From assembly GCA_963803435.1 (NCBI GenBank), contig CAWDML010000009.1:1536001-1600000 (forward strand): 64,000 nt of DNA. The letters are read 5' to 3'. The notes under the pieces are model-generated. The model was not told the origin of the DNA. It worked only from the letters and a program-made list of their open reading frames with translations, and did no database searches. This document shows, one piece after another, positions 31,844 to 42,879 of this stretch (position 1 is its first letter; every line of letters begins with the position of its first letter). A program made the translations under genes and the position numbers. The DNA comes from an uncultured delta proteobacterium (lineage in GTDB: Bacteria > Myxococcota > Kuafuiibacteriia > Kuafuiibacteriales > Kuafuiibacteriaceae).

Positions 31844-34800
31844 GTGATCCGCCTCCTCGCCTGCACGACGAACGGCGCTCGGCTGCACGCGGCGACGGAG
31901 TGGCTCGTCGAGCAGTCCGCCACCGGCGAGGTCGTGGTGCTCGCGCCGACGCAGCGCGCCGCGGACGACTTCGTGCGGTCGGCCTGCCCCGCGGGCGGAG
32001 GCCTGCTCGGGGTGCACCGCACCACCCTCTCGCATCTGGCGGCGGACCTATCGGCAAGCTCGCTTGCACGCGCCCGGATCGCACGTTTGTCGCCGCTGGG
32101 GATGGAGGCGGTCGCCACGCGCAGCGTCCACGCGGTCCGCACCGGGCGATCGCTCCGCTACTTCGGGCCGGTGGTCGAAACGCCGGGGTTCGGGCGGGCG
32201 GTGGCGCGGACGCTCGCGGAGCTTCGCGAGGCCCGGGTCCAGCCGGCCGCGCTCCTCGGGCGCGACCCGGCCTCCGAGGATCTCGCCCACCTCCTGGAGG
32301 CCTATCGGTCCCAGCTCGGGCGGCTCAGGCTGGCCGATCGGGCCGCCGTGCTGGAGGCCGCCGTCACCTCGGCCGAGGCCGGGACGCATCGGCTCGTGGG
32401 GCTGCCAATCGTGCTCCTCGACCTGATCCCACAGAGCGTCCTCGAGGCCAATCTCTTGGGTGCGCTCGCGCGAGCGTCGCGCGGCGTGCTGGCGACCGCG
32501 CCCCAGGGCGAGCCGGTCGACGTGGGTCGCGTCGAGCGCGCGCTGGGAGTGACGGCGGAGCGGCTCGGTGAGGGGGCCGAGGTCGAGCGGACGATCGATC
32601 GCGCGCGCGCCTACGTCTTCTCTCCCCAGGTGCCGCCGCCCGCGGTCGAGGACGACGGCTCCTTCGAGCTCTTCTCCGCGCCCGGTGAGGCGCGCGAGGC
32701 CGTGGAGATCGCGCGGCGCATCCGTCGCCTCGCCGAGGAGGGCGTGGCCTTCAATCGGATCGCCGTCCTCTTGCGGCGCGCCGAGACCTACCAGCTCCCG
32801 ATCGCGGACGCGCTCCGGCGCGCCCAGATCCCCGGCTTCTTCACCCACGGCACCAAGCGCCCGGACCCGTCGGGACGCGGGCTCCTCCTCCTGCTCGCCT
32901 GCGCCGCCGAGGGCCTCACGGCCTCACGGTTCGCCGAGTACCTCTCGCTCGGCCAGCTCCCCGAGCCGGCCGACGACGGCGGGCCTCCGAAGAAGGAGGT
33001 GGCCTGGGTCGCGCCCAAGAACGACCTCCAATTGGTCTTCACCGAGCGGGTGGCGATGACCGAGGAGGAGCGGGCGCGCCGGGCCCACCTGCCGGTACCG
33101 ATGCAGTGGGAGCAGCTCCTGGTCGACGCCGCGGTGATCGGAGGACGCCAGCGATGGGTCCGGCGGCTGCGGGGGCTGGAGGCGGAGCTGTCGTTCCAGG
33201 CGGAGGGTCTGTACGGCGAGGACGACGTCCGCATCGAGAAGAAGCTGGCCGACCTCACCGCGCTCAGGAACCTGCGGCGCTTTGCGCTCCCGATCATCGA
33301 GCTCCTCGGAGAGCTCCCCGAACGCGCGCTCTGGCGGATCTGGCTGGTGCGGCTCCGTACGCTGGCTTCGATGGCGCTCGCCGATCCGGAGGCGATCCTG
33401 AGGGTGCTGGCGGAGCTCGAGCCGCTCGGCGAGGTGGGTCCGGTCGGCCTGGATGAAGTGCGCGACGTGCTCACCGAGCGCCTCTCCTTCCTGCGGGAGG
33501 AAGCGGACGATCACCGATTCGGTCGCGTGTTCGTGGGGACGCTCGACGAGTCGGCGGGCCGCACCTTCGAGGCGGTCTTCGTGCCGGGGCTGGCCGAGGG
33601 CATGTTCCCCCGGAAGAGCTTCGAGGATCCGCTGCTCCTCGACGCGCAGCGGGCGACCCTGGGGGCAGAGCTGTCGCTTCGACCCGATCGGATCCGCGGC
33701 GAGCGTGCGCGCCTCTTCCGCGCGATCGGGGCCGCCGAGTCGCGGTTGGTGGTCTCCTACCCGCGCATGGACGTGAGCACCGGACGGCCGCGGGTGCCCT
33801 CGCTGTTCGCGCTCGAGCTGTTGCGCGCCGCCGAGGGGCGCCTCCCCGATCTCGCCTCGCTGGAGGCGCGGGCGGCGGAGGCGGCCGACGCCCGGCTGGG
33901 CTGGCCGGCGCCCTCGCGGCCCGAGGACGCGATCGACGACGCCGAGTACGACCTCTCGGTGCTGGGCCCACTCCTGTTCCGCACTCCGGAGGCCGTGCGA
34001 GGTCGCGGGCGCTACCTGATCGAGGACAGCCTGGGGCGCGATCGCAACGAGTGCCTGGTGCGATCGCTCCGGGCGCAGGCCGCGCGCTGGCGCTCGCCGT
34101 GGACCCCCAAGGACGGATTGATGCTCCCGGGCGCGCTCGAGGATCAGCGACCGTTCGCGCGCAGCTACTCGCCGACCGCGCTCCAGAACTACGCCGCCTG
34201 TCCCTACCGCTTCCACCTCCACGCGATCCTGCGCCTCCGCCCGCGGGAGCAGGTCGCCGCGGTCGAGGAGCTCGATCCGCTGACGCGGGGCACGCTGTTT
34301 CACTCGGTGCAGTTCCGCCTCTTCGGAGCGCTGCACCGGCGCAACCTCCACCCGGTCAAGCCGGAGTCGCTCGAGGAGGTGTTCGCGGTGCTCGACGAGA
34401 CGCTCGATCGGGTGGACTCGGAGTACCGGGAGCGGCTGGCACCGGCGATCCCACAGGTGTGGCGCCGTCAGATCGAGAGCATGCGGGCCGAGCTGCGGCG
34501 ATGGCTGCGGCAGGTGGCCGCGCTGGACACCGAATGGATGCCGATCCACGCCGAGCTCGCGTTCGGGCTCCCGGACGACGTCGCGGAGCGCGATCCCGAC
34601 AGCGACAGAGAGTCCGCGGTGATCCTCGATCGCTGGCGCGTGCGCGGCTCGGTGGACCTGGTGGAGGCGCACGTCTCGAGCGGCGTCCTCCGCGCCACCG
34701 ATCACAAGACCGGGCGGCCTCACGCGAAGCGGCCGATGTTCGTCGGCGGCGGCGAGGCCCTCCAGCCGTTGCTCTACGCCCTCGCGATCGAAGCGCTGAA

Positions 34801-35107
34801 GAAGCGGAGCGGCGGTCGCAAGAAGCAGCCGGGCGTCGACTCGGGACGGCTGTATTACTGCACGCCGCGCGGCGGATACGATCGCGTGGACATCCCGGTG
34901 ACCGATCAGGCCCGCGACCGCATCGAGGCCGTGATGGAGACGATCGACGACGCGATCGCCGCCGGATTCTTCCCGGCCGCCCCGCGGGCGGGGGCCTGCG
35001 AGTATTGCGACTACCGGGCGATCTGCGGGCCCAACGAGGAGCTGCGGTTCACCCGGAAGGATCAGGATCAGCTGGTGCCGCTCAGCGCGCTCCGGAGGAT
35101 GCCGTGA
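31844..35107 (+). CDS. AddB-like subunit: inactive helicase scaffold plus PD-(D/E)XK nuclease with Fe-S cysteines
   Basis: EAREAVEIAR, IAVLLR, VPGLAEGMFP, SPTALQNYAACPYRF, GSVDLVE..DHKTG, Q..LYA, CEYCDYRAIC. Confidence 0.85.
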   Translation: MIRLLACTTNGARLHAATEWLVEQSATGEVVVLAPTQRAADDFVRSACPAGGGLLGVHRTTLSHLAADLSASSLARARIARLSPLGMEAVATRSVHAVRTGRSLRYFGPVVETPGFGRAVARTLAELREARVQPAALLGRDPASEDLAHLLEAYRSQLGRLRLADRAAVLEAAVTSAEAGTHRLVGLPIVLLDLIPQSVLEANLLGALARASRGVLATAPQGEPVDVGRVERALGVTAERLGEGAEVERTIDRARAYVFSPQVPPPAVEDDGSFELFSAPGEAREAVEIARRIRRLAEEGVAFNRIAVLLRRAETYQLPIADALRRAQIPGFFTHGTKRPDPSGRGLLLLLACAAEGLTASRFAEYLSLGQLPEPADDGGPPKKEVAWVAPKNDLQLVFTERVAMTEEERARRAHLPVPMQWEQLLVDAAVIGGRQRWVRRLRGLEAELSFQAEGLYGEDDVRIEKKLADLTALRNLRRFALPIIELLGELPERALWRIWLVRLRTLASMALADPEAILRVLAELEPLGEVGPVGLDEVRDVLTERLSFLREEADDHRFGRVFVGTLDESAGRTFEAVFVPGLAEGMFPRKSFEDPLLLDAQRATLGAELSLRPDRIRGERARLFRAIGAAESRLVVSYPRMDVSTGRPRVPSLFALELLRAAEGRLPDLASLEARAAEAADARLGWPAPSRPEDAIDDAEYDLSVLGPLLFRTPEAVRGRGRYLIEDSLGRDRNECLVRSLRAQAARWRSPWTPKDGLMLPGALEDQRPFARSYSPTALQNYAACPYRFHLHAILRLRPREQVAAVEELDPLTRGTLFHSVQFRLFGALHRRNLHPVKPESLEEVFAVLDETLDRVDSEYRERLAPAIPQVWRRQIESMRAELRRWLRQVAALDTEWMPIHAELAFGLPDDVAERDPDSDRESAVILDRWRVRGSVDLVEAHVSSGVLRATDHKTGRPHAKRPMFVGGGEALQPLLYALAIEALKKRSGGRKKQPGVDSGRLYYCTPRGGYDRVDIPVTDQARDRIEAVMETIDDAIAAGFFPAAPRAGACEYCDYRAICGPNEELRFTRKDQDQLVPLSALRRMP

Positions 35108-38100
35108 CCCTGGCAGAGGACGCGGCGGCGCGCCGCATCATCGAGGAGGCGCTCGACGAGAGCCTGCTGGTCGAGGCCGCGGCGGGGACCGGCAAGACCA
35201 CCGAGCTGGTGCGGCGGATCGCGCGCGTGCTGGCGCGCGGCAAGACCACCATCGACAAGATCGTGGCCGTCACCTTCACCCGCAAGGCCGCCGGTGAGCT
35301 GAAGATCCGTCTCCGCCAGGAGCTCGATCGAGCGCAGAAGCTCGCCGACGCGGACGAGCTGCCCCTGCTGGAGCGGGCGACGGCGCGGCTCGAGGAGGCC
35401 CGCATCGGCACCATCCACTCCTTCTGCGCCGAGATCCTGAGAGAGCGCCCGGTGGAGGCCCGCGTCGATCCGATGTTCGAGGAGCTGGCGGAGGACGAGG
35501 CACCCCGCCTGTTCAAGCGGGCCTTCAGCCGCTGGATGCAGGAGAAGCTTTCGAATCCACCGCCGGGCGTGGCGCGGGCGATGAGTCGCAAGCTGCGCTG
35601 GGATCGCCGGACACCGGTGCAGAAGCTGCTCGACGCCGGCCAGCGGCTGGTCGAGTGGCGCGACTTCCCGGCGCGATGGACCAAGAAGCCGTTCGACCGC
35701 GAGGGTGAGATCGCGCGGCTGGTCCAGGAGGTGCGGAGCGTCGCCGAGGACAGCGCCCGCTGCCGCGAGGCGCGCGACCGTCTCTTCCAGGGCCTCTCCC
35801 CCGCCCGCGACTTCATTCAGGAGCTCGACCGCCGGGAGCTGGACGCGCCCCGCGATCTCGACTTCATCGAGGGGCGGCTGATCGAGCTCGCGTCGGATCT
35901 GCGGCGCTCCTCCGCGAAGGGGACCGGCGCATACGGCGACGGCATCACGCGGGAGCGGATGATCGCGCGCAAGGCGGCGCTCGAGGCCCAGCTCGAGCGC
36001 TTCCAGCGGCCCGCCGACGCCGATCTGGCCGCTGCGCTGCAGGAGGAGCTCGAGGAGGTCATTGTCCGCTACGAGGCGGAGAAGAGCCGCACCGGCAAGC
36101 TCGACTTCGTCGATCTCCTGCTCAAGGTGAGGAACCTGATCCGAGACGACGCCGGCGTGCGATCGTTTCTCCAGCAGCGGTTCACACACCTGTTCGTGGA
36201 CGAGTTTCAGGACACGGATCCGCTCCAGACCGAGATCCTGCTCCTGCTCTCCGCGTCCGATCCGGCCCAGGCCGACTGGCGCCGGATCCGGCCCCACCCG
36301 GGGAAGCTGTTCCTGGTGGGCGACCCCAAGCAGTCGATCTACCGCTTCCGCCGCGCGGACGTGGTCCTGTATCAGGAGGTCCGACGCGCGCTCTCGCTGG
36401 CTGGGGTTCGGGTCGTGCATCTGTCGAAGAGCTTCCGCGCCCCCGACCCGATCCAGCGCGCGGTCAACTTCGCCTTCGCGCCGGAGATGGTGGAGGACCC
36501 GGCCAGCGGACAGCCGGGCTACGTACCCCTCGAGGGCGGCCCGCCGGTGGAGGCCCACCACCAGCCTTCGATCGTGGCCCTGCCGGTCCCGCATCCGCAC
36601 GGGCGGTTCGGGATCTACAAGTCGGCGGTGGAGCGCTCGCTCCCCGACGCGGTGGGCGCGTTCGTCGAGTGGCTCCTGCAAAAGAGCGGTTGGACGGTCC
36701 GCGAGGATCAGGCGCGCGTCCCGATCGCTCCGCGCCACGTGTGCGTCCTGTTCAAGCGCTACCTCTCCTTCGGGAACGACGTGACGGCGCCTTACGTCCG
36801 CTCGCTGGAGGCGCGCAGCGTCCCCCACGTGCTGGTCGGCTCGCGCTCGTTCTTCCTCCGCGAGGAGGTCGAGGCCCTCCGCGCCGCGCTCTCCTCCATC
36901 GAGTGGCCCGAGGACGAGCTGTCGGCCTACGCCACGCTGCGGGGCCCGCTCTTCGCGATCCCCGACGATCTCTTGCTCTCGTGGAAGCGCGACCGGGGGA
37001 GCTTCGCGCCCCTCGATCTAGACGTAGGCGCCGAGGTCGCCGCCGAGCTCGCACCGGTGAAGCAAGCGCTCGAGCGGTTGAAGACGCTCTCGCACGAGCG
37101 GAACAACCGGCCGATCGTCGACACGCTCAACACGCTCCTCGACGAGACCCGCGCCCACGCCGGCTTCGCGCTCCGTCCCGCCGGCAATCAGGTCCTCGCC
37201 AACGTGCAGCGCATCTGCGATCTCGCCCGCAGCTTCGAGCTGTCGGGAGGGCTGTCGTTCCGCGGCTTCGTGGAGCGCGTCGACGAGGAGGCGGAGAAGG
37301 AGCGCAGCAGCGAGGCGCCGATCTTCGAGGAGGGTACCGAGGGCGTGCGCATCATGACCGTCCACGCCGCCAAGGGTCTCGAGTTTCCCATCGTGATCCT
37401 CGCGGATCTCACGAACGCCCTCTCCTACCGGAACCCCGACCGCTACGTCGATCAAGCGCGCGGGCTCTCGGCGACCCGCTTGCTCGGCTGCGCACCCTGG
37501 GAGCTCACCGAGCACCTCGAGGAGGAGAAGCTGCGCGACGAGGCAGAGGGCGTCCGGGTCGCCTACGTGGCGGCCACGCGCGCGCGCGATCTGCTGGTGG
37601 TGCCGGCGATCGGCGAGGGCCCGTCGGTGAAGGATCTGGGCCGCACCTGGCTCTCGCCGCTCGACCGCGTCATCTATCCGCCGCGGTCGAGCTGGCGGAA
37701 CGCCGCCGCCGCGCCGGCGTGCCCGCGGCTGGGCAGCGAGACCGCGCTGAGCACCGCGCCGGAGAGTCAGTTCGTGCCCGGGACGATCGAGCCGGGGCTC
37801 CATCGGGCCTCCGCGTCGGCGCCGGAGGTGGCGTGGTTCGATCCTCGGGTCCTCGACCTCTCACCGCACGGCGCGTACGGGCTGCGCCAGGAGCAGTTCC
37901 TGGCGCAGGACGAAGAGGGACTGGCCGAGCACGGCATCGCTCGCTACGAGACCTGGAAGCGCGACGTCGAGGCGGCGATCGAGGAGGGCGGCCTCGCCAC
38001 CATGCTCCCGCTGCGGGCGAGCGAGGCGCTCTATGCGCCGGACGGCTTCACGGGCGTCATCGACGAGGTCAAGCTTCCCCGCGCTCCGGGCCGGCCGAGC

Positions 38101-38526
38101 GGCCGGCGCTTCGGGACCCTGGTTCACACGATCCTCCGCGACGTCCCGCTCGACGCCGACCGGGCGGCGATCGAGGCGCTCGCCGAGGTGCACGGCCGCG
38201 TCCTGGGCGCGGGCACGGACGAGGTCGAGGCGGCGGTCGCGCCGGTCGAGGGGCTCCTCGGCCATGAGCTGATCGCGCGGGCGCGCGCCGCCGAGCGCGT
38301 GCTTCGCGAGCACCCGATCCTGTACGAGACGGATGATGGCACGCTGCTCGACGGGACGATCGATCTGCTGTTCTTCGCGGCTGGCCGCTGGACGGTCGTC
38401 GACTTCAAGACCAACGCCGACGTCCGGGCGCGGCGGGATCAGTATCACCGGCAGATGGCCTGGTATGCGTTCGCGCTGGAGCGGATCACCGAGCAGCCGG
38501 TGCACGCGATCCTGCTCGGGATCTAA
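35104..38526 (+). CDS. AddA-like UvrD helicase with C-terminal PD-(D/E)XK nuclease
   Basis: EAAAGTGKT, TFTRKAAGEL, TIHSFC, VDEFQDT, VGDPKQSIYRFR, TVHAAKGLEF, YVAATRARD, GTIDL..VDFKT; GTGA overlap with the upstream gene. Confidence 0.92.
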   Translation: MTLAEDAAARRIIEEALDESLLVEAAAGTGKTTELVRRIARVLARGKTTIDKIVAVTFTRKAAGELKIRLRQELDRAQKLADADELPLLERATARLEEARIGTIHSFCAEILRERPVEARVDPMFEELAEDEAPRLFKRAFSRWMQEKLSNPPPGVARAMSRKLRWDRRTPVQKLLDAGQRLVEWRDFPARWTKKPFDREGEIARLVQEVRSVAEDSARCREARDRLFQGLSPARDFIQELDRRELDAPRDLDFIEGRLIELASDLRRSSAKGTGAYGDGITRERMIARKAALEAQLERFQRPADADLAAALQEELEEVIVRYEAEKSRTGKLDFVDLLLKVRNLIRDDAGVRSFLQQRFTHLFVDEFQDTDPLQTEILLLLSASDPAQADWRRIRPHPGKLFLVGDPKQSIYRFRRADVVLYQEVRRALSLAGVRVVHLSKSFRAPDPIQRAVNFAFAPEMVEDPASGQPGYVPLEGGPPVEAHHQPSIVALPVPHPHGRFGIYKSAVERSLPDAVGAFVEWLLQKSGWTVREDQARVPIAPRHVCVLFKRYLSFGNDVTAPYVRSLEARSVPHVLVGSRSFFLREEVEALRAALSSIEWPEDELSAYATLRGPLFAIPDDLLLSWKRDRGSFAPLDLDVGAEVAAELAPVKQALERLKTLSHERNNRPIVDTLNTLLDETRAHAGFALRPAGNQVLANVQRICDLARSFELSGGLSFRGFVERVDEEAEKERSSEAPIFEEGTEGVRIMTVHAAKGLEFPIVILADLTNALSYRNPDRYVDQARGLSATRLLGCAPWELTEHLEEEKLRDEAEGVRVAYVAATRARDLLVVPAIGEGPSVKDLGRTWLSPLDRVIYPPRSSWRNAAAAPACPRLGSETALSTAPESQFVPGTIEPGLHRASASAPEVAWFDPRVLDLSPHGAYGLRQEQFLAQDEEGLAEHGIARYETWKRDVEAAIEEGGLATMLPLRASEALYAPDGFTGVIDEVKLPRAPGRPSGRRFGTLVHTILRDVPLDADRAAIEALAEVHGRVLGAGTDEVEAAVAPVEGLLGHELIARARAAERVLREHPILYETDDGTLLDGTIDLLFFAAGRWTVVDFKTNADVRARRDQYHRQMAWYAFALERITEQPVHAILLGI

Positions 38527-39293
38527 CCGACCTGCGCGCTGACGAAGCTGTCGCGGAACAGGTACCCCTGCACGTAGTCGACGCCGAGCGTCTTGGCGAT
38601 GCTGAGGTGCCGCCGGCTCTCGACGCCTTCGAGGACGATCGCGATACCGCGTGCCTTGGCGAACTGGACCAGCCCGGCGATCAGCGCCCGGTAGGCGGGA
38701 TCCTTCTCCAGGCGCACGAACCAGCGGCGATCGAGCTTCACGTAGTCGCAGTTCTCCAGCAGGTCGAACGAGAAGAGGTTCCGCGAGCCGCCGACATCGT
38801 CGAGCGCGACCTTGATCCCGTGCTCGGCCAGCGTGGCGGTGAAGCGCTGGATGTTGTCCAGGTTGGTGATGGTCGTGTTCTCGATGATCTCGACGATCAG
38901 ATCCGATTGCCCGCCGAACGAGGTGAGCCAGTGGTCCAGCTGATAGGGCTCTTCGCACACATGAGGATCGAGGTTGAGGAAGAGGTGACCGTGCTTCGGC
39001 CGGTGCTCCATCTGGAACGTCTTCGAGCGGGACTCGAGGAAGAAGAACAGCGTGCGATCGTCATGCAGCGAGTCGAAGACCTCGTTCGGGGCGAACGTCT
39101 TGCCGTCGAGGACGAAGCGCGCGAGCGATTCGTATCCCCATACTTTTTCTTGTTCCGTATCGACGATCGGCTGGTATTCGCAGGCGAGGCGCCGGCTCTC
39201 GAGCACGCGAACGATCTTCGCCTTGAGCGGCGTCTCGACCGCGACGGCGGGAAAATTGGAGTCGATCGCCACCACCCGCCGCATCTTGCGCAT
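38523..39293 (-). CDS. Standalone EAL-domain protein (c-di-GMP phosphodiesterase-like)
   Basis: YQPIV, YESLARF, FLNL, EIIEN, ALDDVG, VKLD, EGVE, QGY; start uncertain (39320, 39293 or 39284). Confidence 0.85.
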   Translation of the reverse strand: MRKMRRVVAIDSNFPAVAVETPLKAKIVRVLESRRLACEYQPIVDTEQEKVWGYESLARFVLDGKTFAPNEVFDSLHDDRTLFFFLESRSKTFQMEHRPKHGHLFLNLDPHVCEEPYQLDHWLTSFGGQSDLIVEIIENTTITNLDNIQRFTATLAEHGIKVALDDVGGSRNLFSFDLLENCDYVKLDRRWFVRLEKDPAYRALIAGLVQFAKARGIAIVLEGVESRRHLSIAKTLGVDYVQGYLFRDSFVSAQVG

Positions 39294-39347
39294 CTTAGGA
39301 ACCACCGCACGGCTCCTCAACGTAGGTCATCCACGTTCATGCGCCTC

Positions 39348-39710
39348 TCAGGCGATCGCCTCTCCACACCGCCAGCAGATCTCGAAGTGTCGCGGGTTCT
39401 CCTCGCCGCATCCGCGGCACAGGGAAACCGCGCCCGCGTCCGCGTCGAGGGAGAGTCGACCCGCCTCGCCATCGACCTCCGCGAGCGAGAGCGCGCCGTC
39501 GGCATCGCTGCTCGAGCGCAGCATCGCCAGCACCTCCTCGACCACCTCCAGGCACTCGGGCTGGACCCAGACCTCGGGCTGCTCCAAGCCGTACGGCGAG
39601 AAGGTGTCGTTCCTGACCATGGCGACCACCCCGTGCTGCTCGAGCACGGACCGGACGAAGTGGGCCTCGAACGCGGTCGGTGCCGTGAAGACCTTGATCA
39701 CCGACACCAC
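39348..39710 (-). CDS. DUF2007-like putative signal-transducing protein with C-terminal zinc ribbon
   Basis: VFTAPTAFEAHFVRSVLEQHGV..., CRGCGEENPRHFEICWRCG. Confidence 0.75.
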   Translation of the reverse strand: MVSVIKVFTAPTAFEAHFVRSVLEQHGVVAMVRNDTFSPYGLEQPEVWVQPECLEVVEEVLAMLRSSSDADGALSLAEVDGEAGRLSLDADAGAVSLCRGCGEENPRHFEICWRCGEAIA

Positions 39711-39782
39711 ACATCGACCGCCCTGCAGCGCCTGGCAAGCGTGGGTGTTGCACCCCCCCGCCAACGACTGTAGGACCGCCGG

Positions 39783-40406
39783 ATGTCCTCGCTGGTGCTC
39801 GGAATTGCCGGCGGCACCGGGTCCGGAAAGACGACGATCGCCAACAAGATCGTCGAGGCGATCGGCGGGCGCGCCCTCTCGATCGATCACGACGCCTACT
39901 ACCACGACCTCTCGCACCTGCCCCTCGAGGAGCGGCAACAGGTGAACTTCGATCATCCGGACGCGCTCGACAACGACCTCTTCATCCAGCACCTGGGTGA
40001 GCTGCGCGCAGGACGTGCCATCCAGAAGCCCACCTACGACTTCCGGACGCACGTGCGAACTGCGGAGACCACCCGCGTCGATCCGGTACCCGTGATCGTG
40101 GTGGAGGGGATCCTGACCCTCGCGATCGCCGAGCTCCGGGCGATGTTCGACATCAAGGTGTTCGTCGACACCGCCGCGGACATCCGGCTGATGCGCCGGA
40201 TCCGGCGCGACCTCGAGCACCGGGGACGCGCCTTCGCGGACGTGCGAGAGCAGTACTACCGCACGGTCCGTCCGATGCACCTGGCGTTCGTCGAGCCGTC
40301 CAAGACCTCGGCCGACGTGATCATCCCCGAGGGCGGCAACAACGCCATTGCGATCGAGATCCTGGTGGGTCGCATCCGCCACTTCTTGCACGAGCGGGGG
40401 AGTTGA
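39783..40406 (+). CDS. udk: Uridine kinase
   Basis: GIAGGTGSGKTT, DAYY, NFDHPDALD, VEGIL, RRIRRD..RGR, FVEPSK..ADVIIPEGG. Confidence 0.95.
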   Translation: MSSLVLGIAGGTGSGKTTIANKIVEAIGGRALSIDHDAYYHDLSHLPLEERQQVNFDHPDALDNDLFIQHLGELRAGRAIQKPTYDFRTHVRTAETTRVDPVPVIVVEGILTLAIAELRAMFDIKVFVDTAADIRLMRRIRRDLEHRGRAFADVREQYYRTVRPMHLAFVEPSKTSADVIIPEGGNNAIAIEILVGRIRHFLHERGS

Positions 40407-40418
40407 TACTCTCGCGCG

Positions 40419-42096
40419 GTGTTCGACGCACGCTACGACCCGGGCGAGGTGATCGGAAAGGGCGGCATGGGGGAGGTCCTCCTCTGCCGCGATCGGGAGC
40501 TGGGGCGCCAGGTCGCCGTCAAGGTCGCGCAGGTGAGCAGCCCGCTGGCGCGCGAGATGTTCCTGCGCGAGGCCCGCATTCAGGGCCAGCTCGAGCACCC
40601 GGCGATCGTCCCGGTGTACGACCTGGGCAGCATGCCCGACGGACAACCGTACTTCGCGATGAAGCGAATCCTCGGCACCTCGCTCAAGGACATCGTCGCG
40701 CGTCTCGACGAGGGCGAGCAGGCGACCGAAAAGAAATACTCGCGCACCAAGCTTCTCAGCGCCTTCGTCAGCATCTGTCTCGCCATCGACTTCGCGCACT
40801 CTCGAAACGTGATCCACCGCGACCTCAAGCCGGCCAACATCATGCTCGGGGAGTTCGGCGAGGTGTACGTCCTCGACTGGGGCATCGCGAAGCTGCTTGG
40901 CGACTCGGAGCCGAGCGGAGAGCCTCCCATCGATCGCGATTCCGACGCTGGGCAGACGACCGACGGTGGCGTCTTCGGCACGCCGGGCTACATGGCGCCG
41001 GAGCAGCTCGCCGGAGTTCGTGACGCGATCTCGGTTCGCACCGACGTCTATGCGCTGGGAGCGATCATGTTCGAGATCCTGACGCTGGAGCCGATGCATG
41101 CGCAGCGCGCCACGCTCACGGCACCGGACCTCGCAATCCCGCCCGAGCTCGCCGCCATCTGCGAGCGCGCGACGGCGAAGGAGCCGAGCGCGCGCTGGTC
41201 GTCGGCGAGGGAGATGGCCGACGCCGTCGAGCGCTTCCTGGAGGGCGACCGCGACGTCGAGATGCGGCATCGGGCGGCGCAGGAGCACCTGTCGGCCTCG
41301 CGTCGCGCGCTGGTCCGTGCGCGCGACCCGGCCGTCAACGAGCATGAGGAGCGCGCGGTCGGGCTCAGAGAGGCGGCCCGCGCGATGGCCCTCGACCCCA
41401 CCAGCAGCGAGCCGACCAAGGCCGTGCTCCAGATTCTTGCTCGAGCCGCCGCAGACGCTGCCGGCCGAGGCGGCCCGTGAGCTAGAGGAGGAGCGGATCG
41501 GTGCGCGGCGCGGGAGCGCGCGCCTCGGCATCTACAGCGCGCTGATCGCCTTCGCGCTCTTGAGCTTCACGATGGTGATGGGGGTCCGCGACTGGCGGCT
41601 CCTCGGGCTGGCCTACGTCGTCATCGGGCTGGCAGCGGCGGCCGGGCTCCTGGCGGTGACCGGGCGACCGGTGGGCCGCCAGCGCTACCTGGTGCTGATC
41701 TGCTGGACTGCGCTGCTCTTGATCCTGACGCGGCTGTTCGGACCGCTGATCATGGTGCCGTCGATCGCCGCCGGGGTGATGGTGCCGATGGTCCTGAACG
41801 CCACGGACCGCAGCGTCTACGTGGTGCTGATCGGCTCCGGCGTCCTGGTGGTGGTGCTCGCCCTCGAGCTCGCCGGCGTCATTCCGAGCTCGTATCTGTT
41901 CGCGGCCGGTCTGATGTGTGTCCAGCCCCAGCTGGCCGAGCTCCCGCGCTTCCCCACGCTCGCGCTCCTCACGCTCTCACAGCTGGGTGCCATCCTGATC
42001 ATGTTGAGGATGGTCGTGCAGATCCGCGATCGCCACCTCAACGCAGAGAAGCGGCTCCGGCTCCACGATTGGTACCTGAAGCGATTGATGAGGTGA
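40419..42096 (+). CDS. Ser/Thr protein kinase with C-terminal membrane domain (frameshift near 41437)
   Basis: GKGGMGEV, VAVK, HRDLKPANIM, DWG, GTPGYMAPEQ; several TM helices in the next frame. Confidence 0.88.
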
Positions 42097-42852
42097 TCAC
42101 ATCGAGAGGCCGCCGTCGACGTCGATCGTGCGGCCGTTGAAGTAATCGCACTCGATGATGAACTTGACCGCGACCCAGATGTCTTCGGGCTCGCCGATGC
42201 GGCCCACCGGGATAGCCGCCACCAGCGCGTCGCGCGCCTTCGGGTTCATGCCCTGGGTCATGGGTGTCTCGATCATGCCGGGCGCGATGGCACCGACGCG
42301 GATCCCGAAGGCGGCGAACTCGCTGGCCCAGGTCCGGGTGTTGGCGGCGAGGGCCGCCTTGGCCGCGGAATAGTTCGACTGCCCGCGGTTCCCGTAGCGC
42401 GCGATCGACGACATGTTGACCAGCACGCCCTTCTGGCTCTTCTGCACCATCTTGGCGACGACGTCGCGCGCCATGAAGGTGGCGCCGGTGAGGTTGACGT
42501 CGATGACGGCCTGCCACTGCTCTGCGCTCATCACGACAATCTCGCCCGTGTTCTTGTCCTTCTTCACCAGGAGTCCGTCGCGCAGAATGCCGGCGTTGTT
42601 GATGAGGCCGGTCAGCCCGCTCATCTGAGCGAACGCCCAGTCGACGAATCCGTGGACGTCCTGCTCGTTCGATACGTCGAGCCGCCGCACGTGGATCCTG
42701 CCGTTGCCCTCGGCGGCGAGCGACTCCAGCCCCGCCTCGTTGACGTCGCCGGCGGCCACCTGGGCGCCCGCCTGGGCAAGCCGGAGCGCGAAGTGACGAC
42801 CCATGCCCTGGGCGGCGCCGGTCACGACCATCTTGGTGTCCTGGAGCTTCAT
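42097..42852 (-). CDS. SDR / 3-oxoacyl-ACP reductase-like
   Basis: TGAAQGMG, NNAGILRDG, GQSNYSAAK. Confidence 0.9.
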   Translation of the reverse strand: MKLQDTKMVVTGAAQGMGRHFALRLAQAGAQVAAGDVNEAGLESLAAEGNGRIHVRRLDVSNEQDVHGFVDWAFAQMSGLTGLINNAGILRDGLLVKKDKNTGEIVVMSAEQWQAVIDVNLTGATFMARDVVAKMVQKSQKGVLVNMSSIARYGNRGQSNYSAAKAALAANTRTWASEFAAFGIRVGAIAPGMIETPMTQGMNPKARDALVAAIPVGRIGEPEDIWVAVKFIIECDYFNGRTIDVDGGLSM

Positions 42853-42879
42853 TGCGCGGAAGAAAAACCGCGCCCGACG

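Noticed and set aside
34051-35103. N-terminal extension making a 1491-aa helicase
   Set aside because: Out-of-frame shadow of the AddB-like gene; the real start is GTG 35104.
31844-38526. Cas4 or anti-phage helicase-nuclease system
   Set aside because: Architecture matches housekeeping AddAB; no array or defence neighbours.
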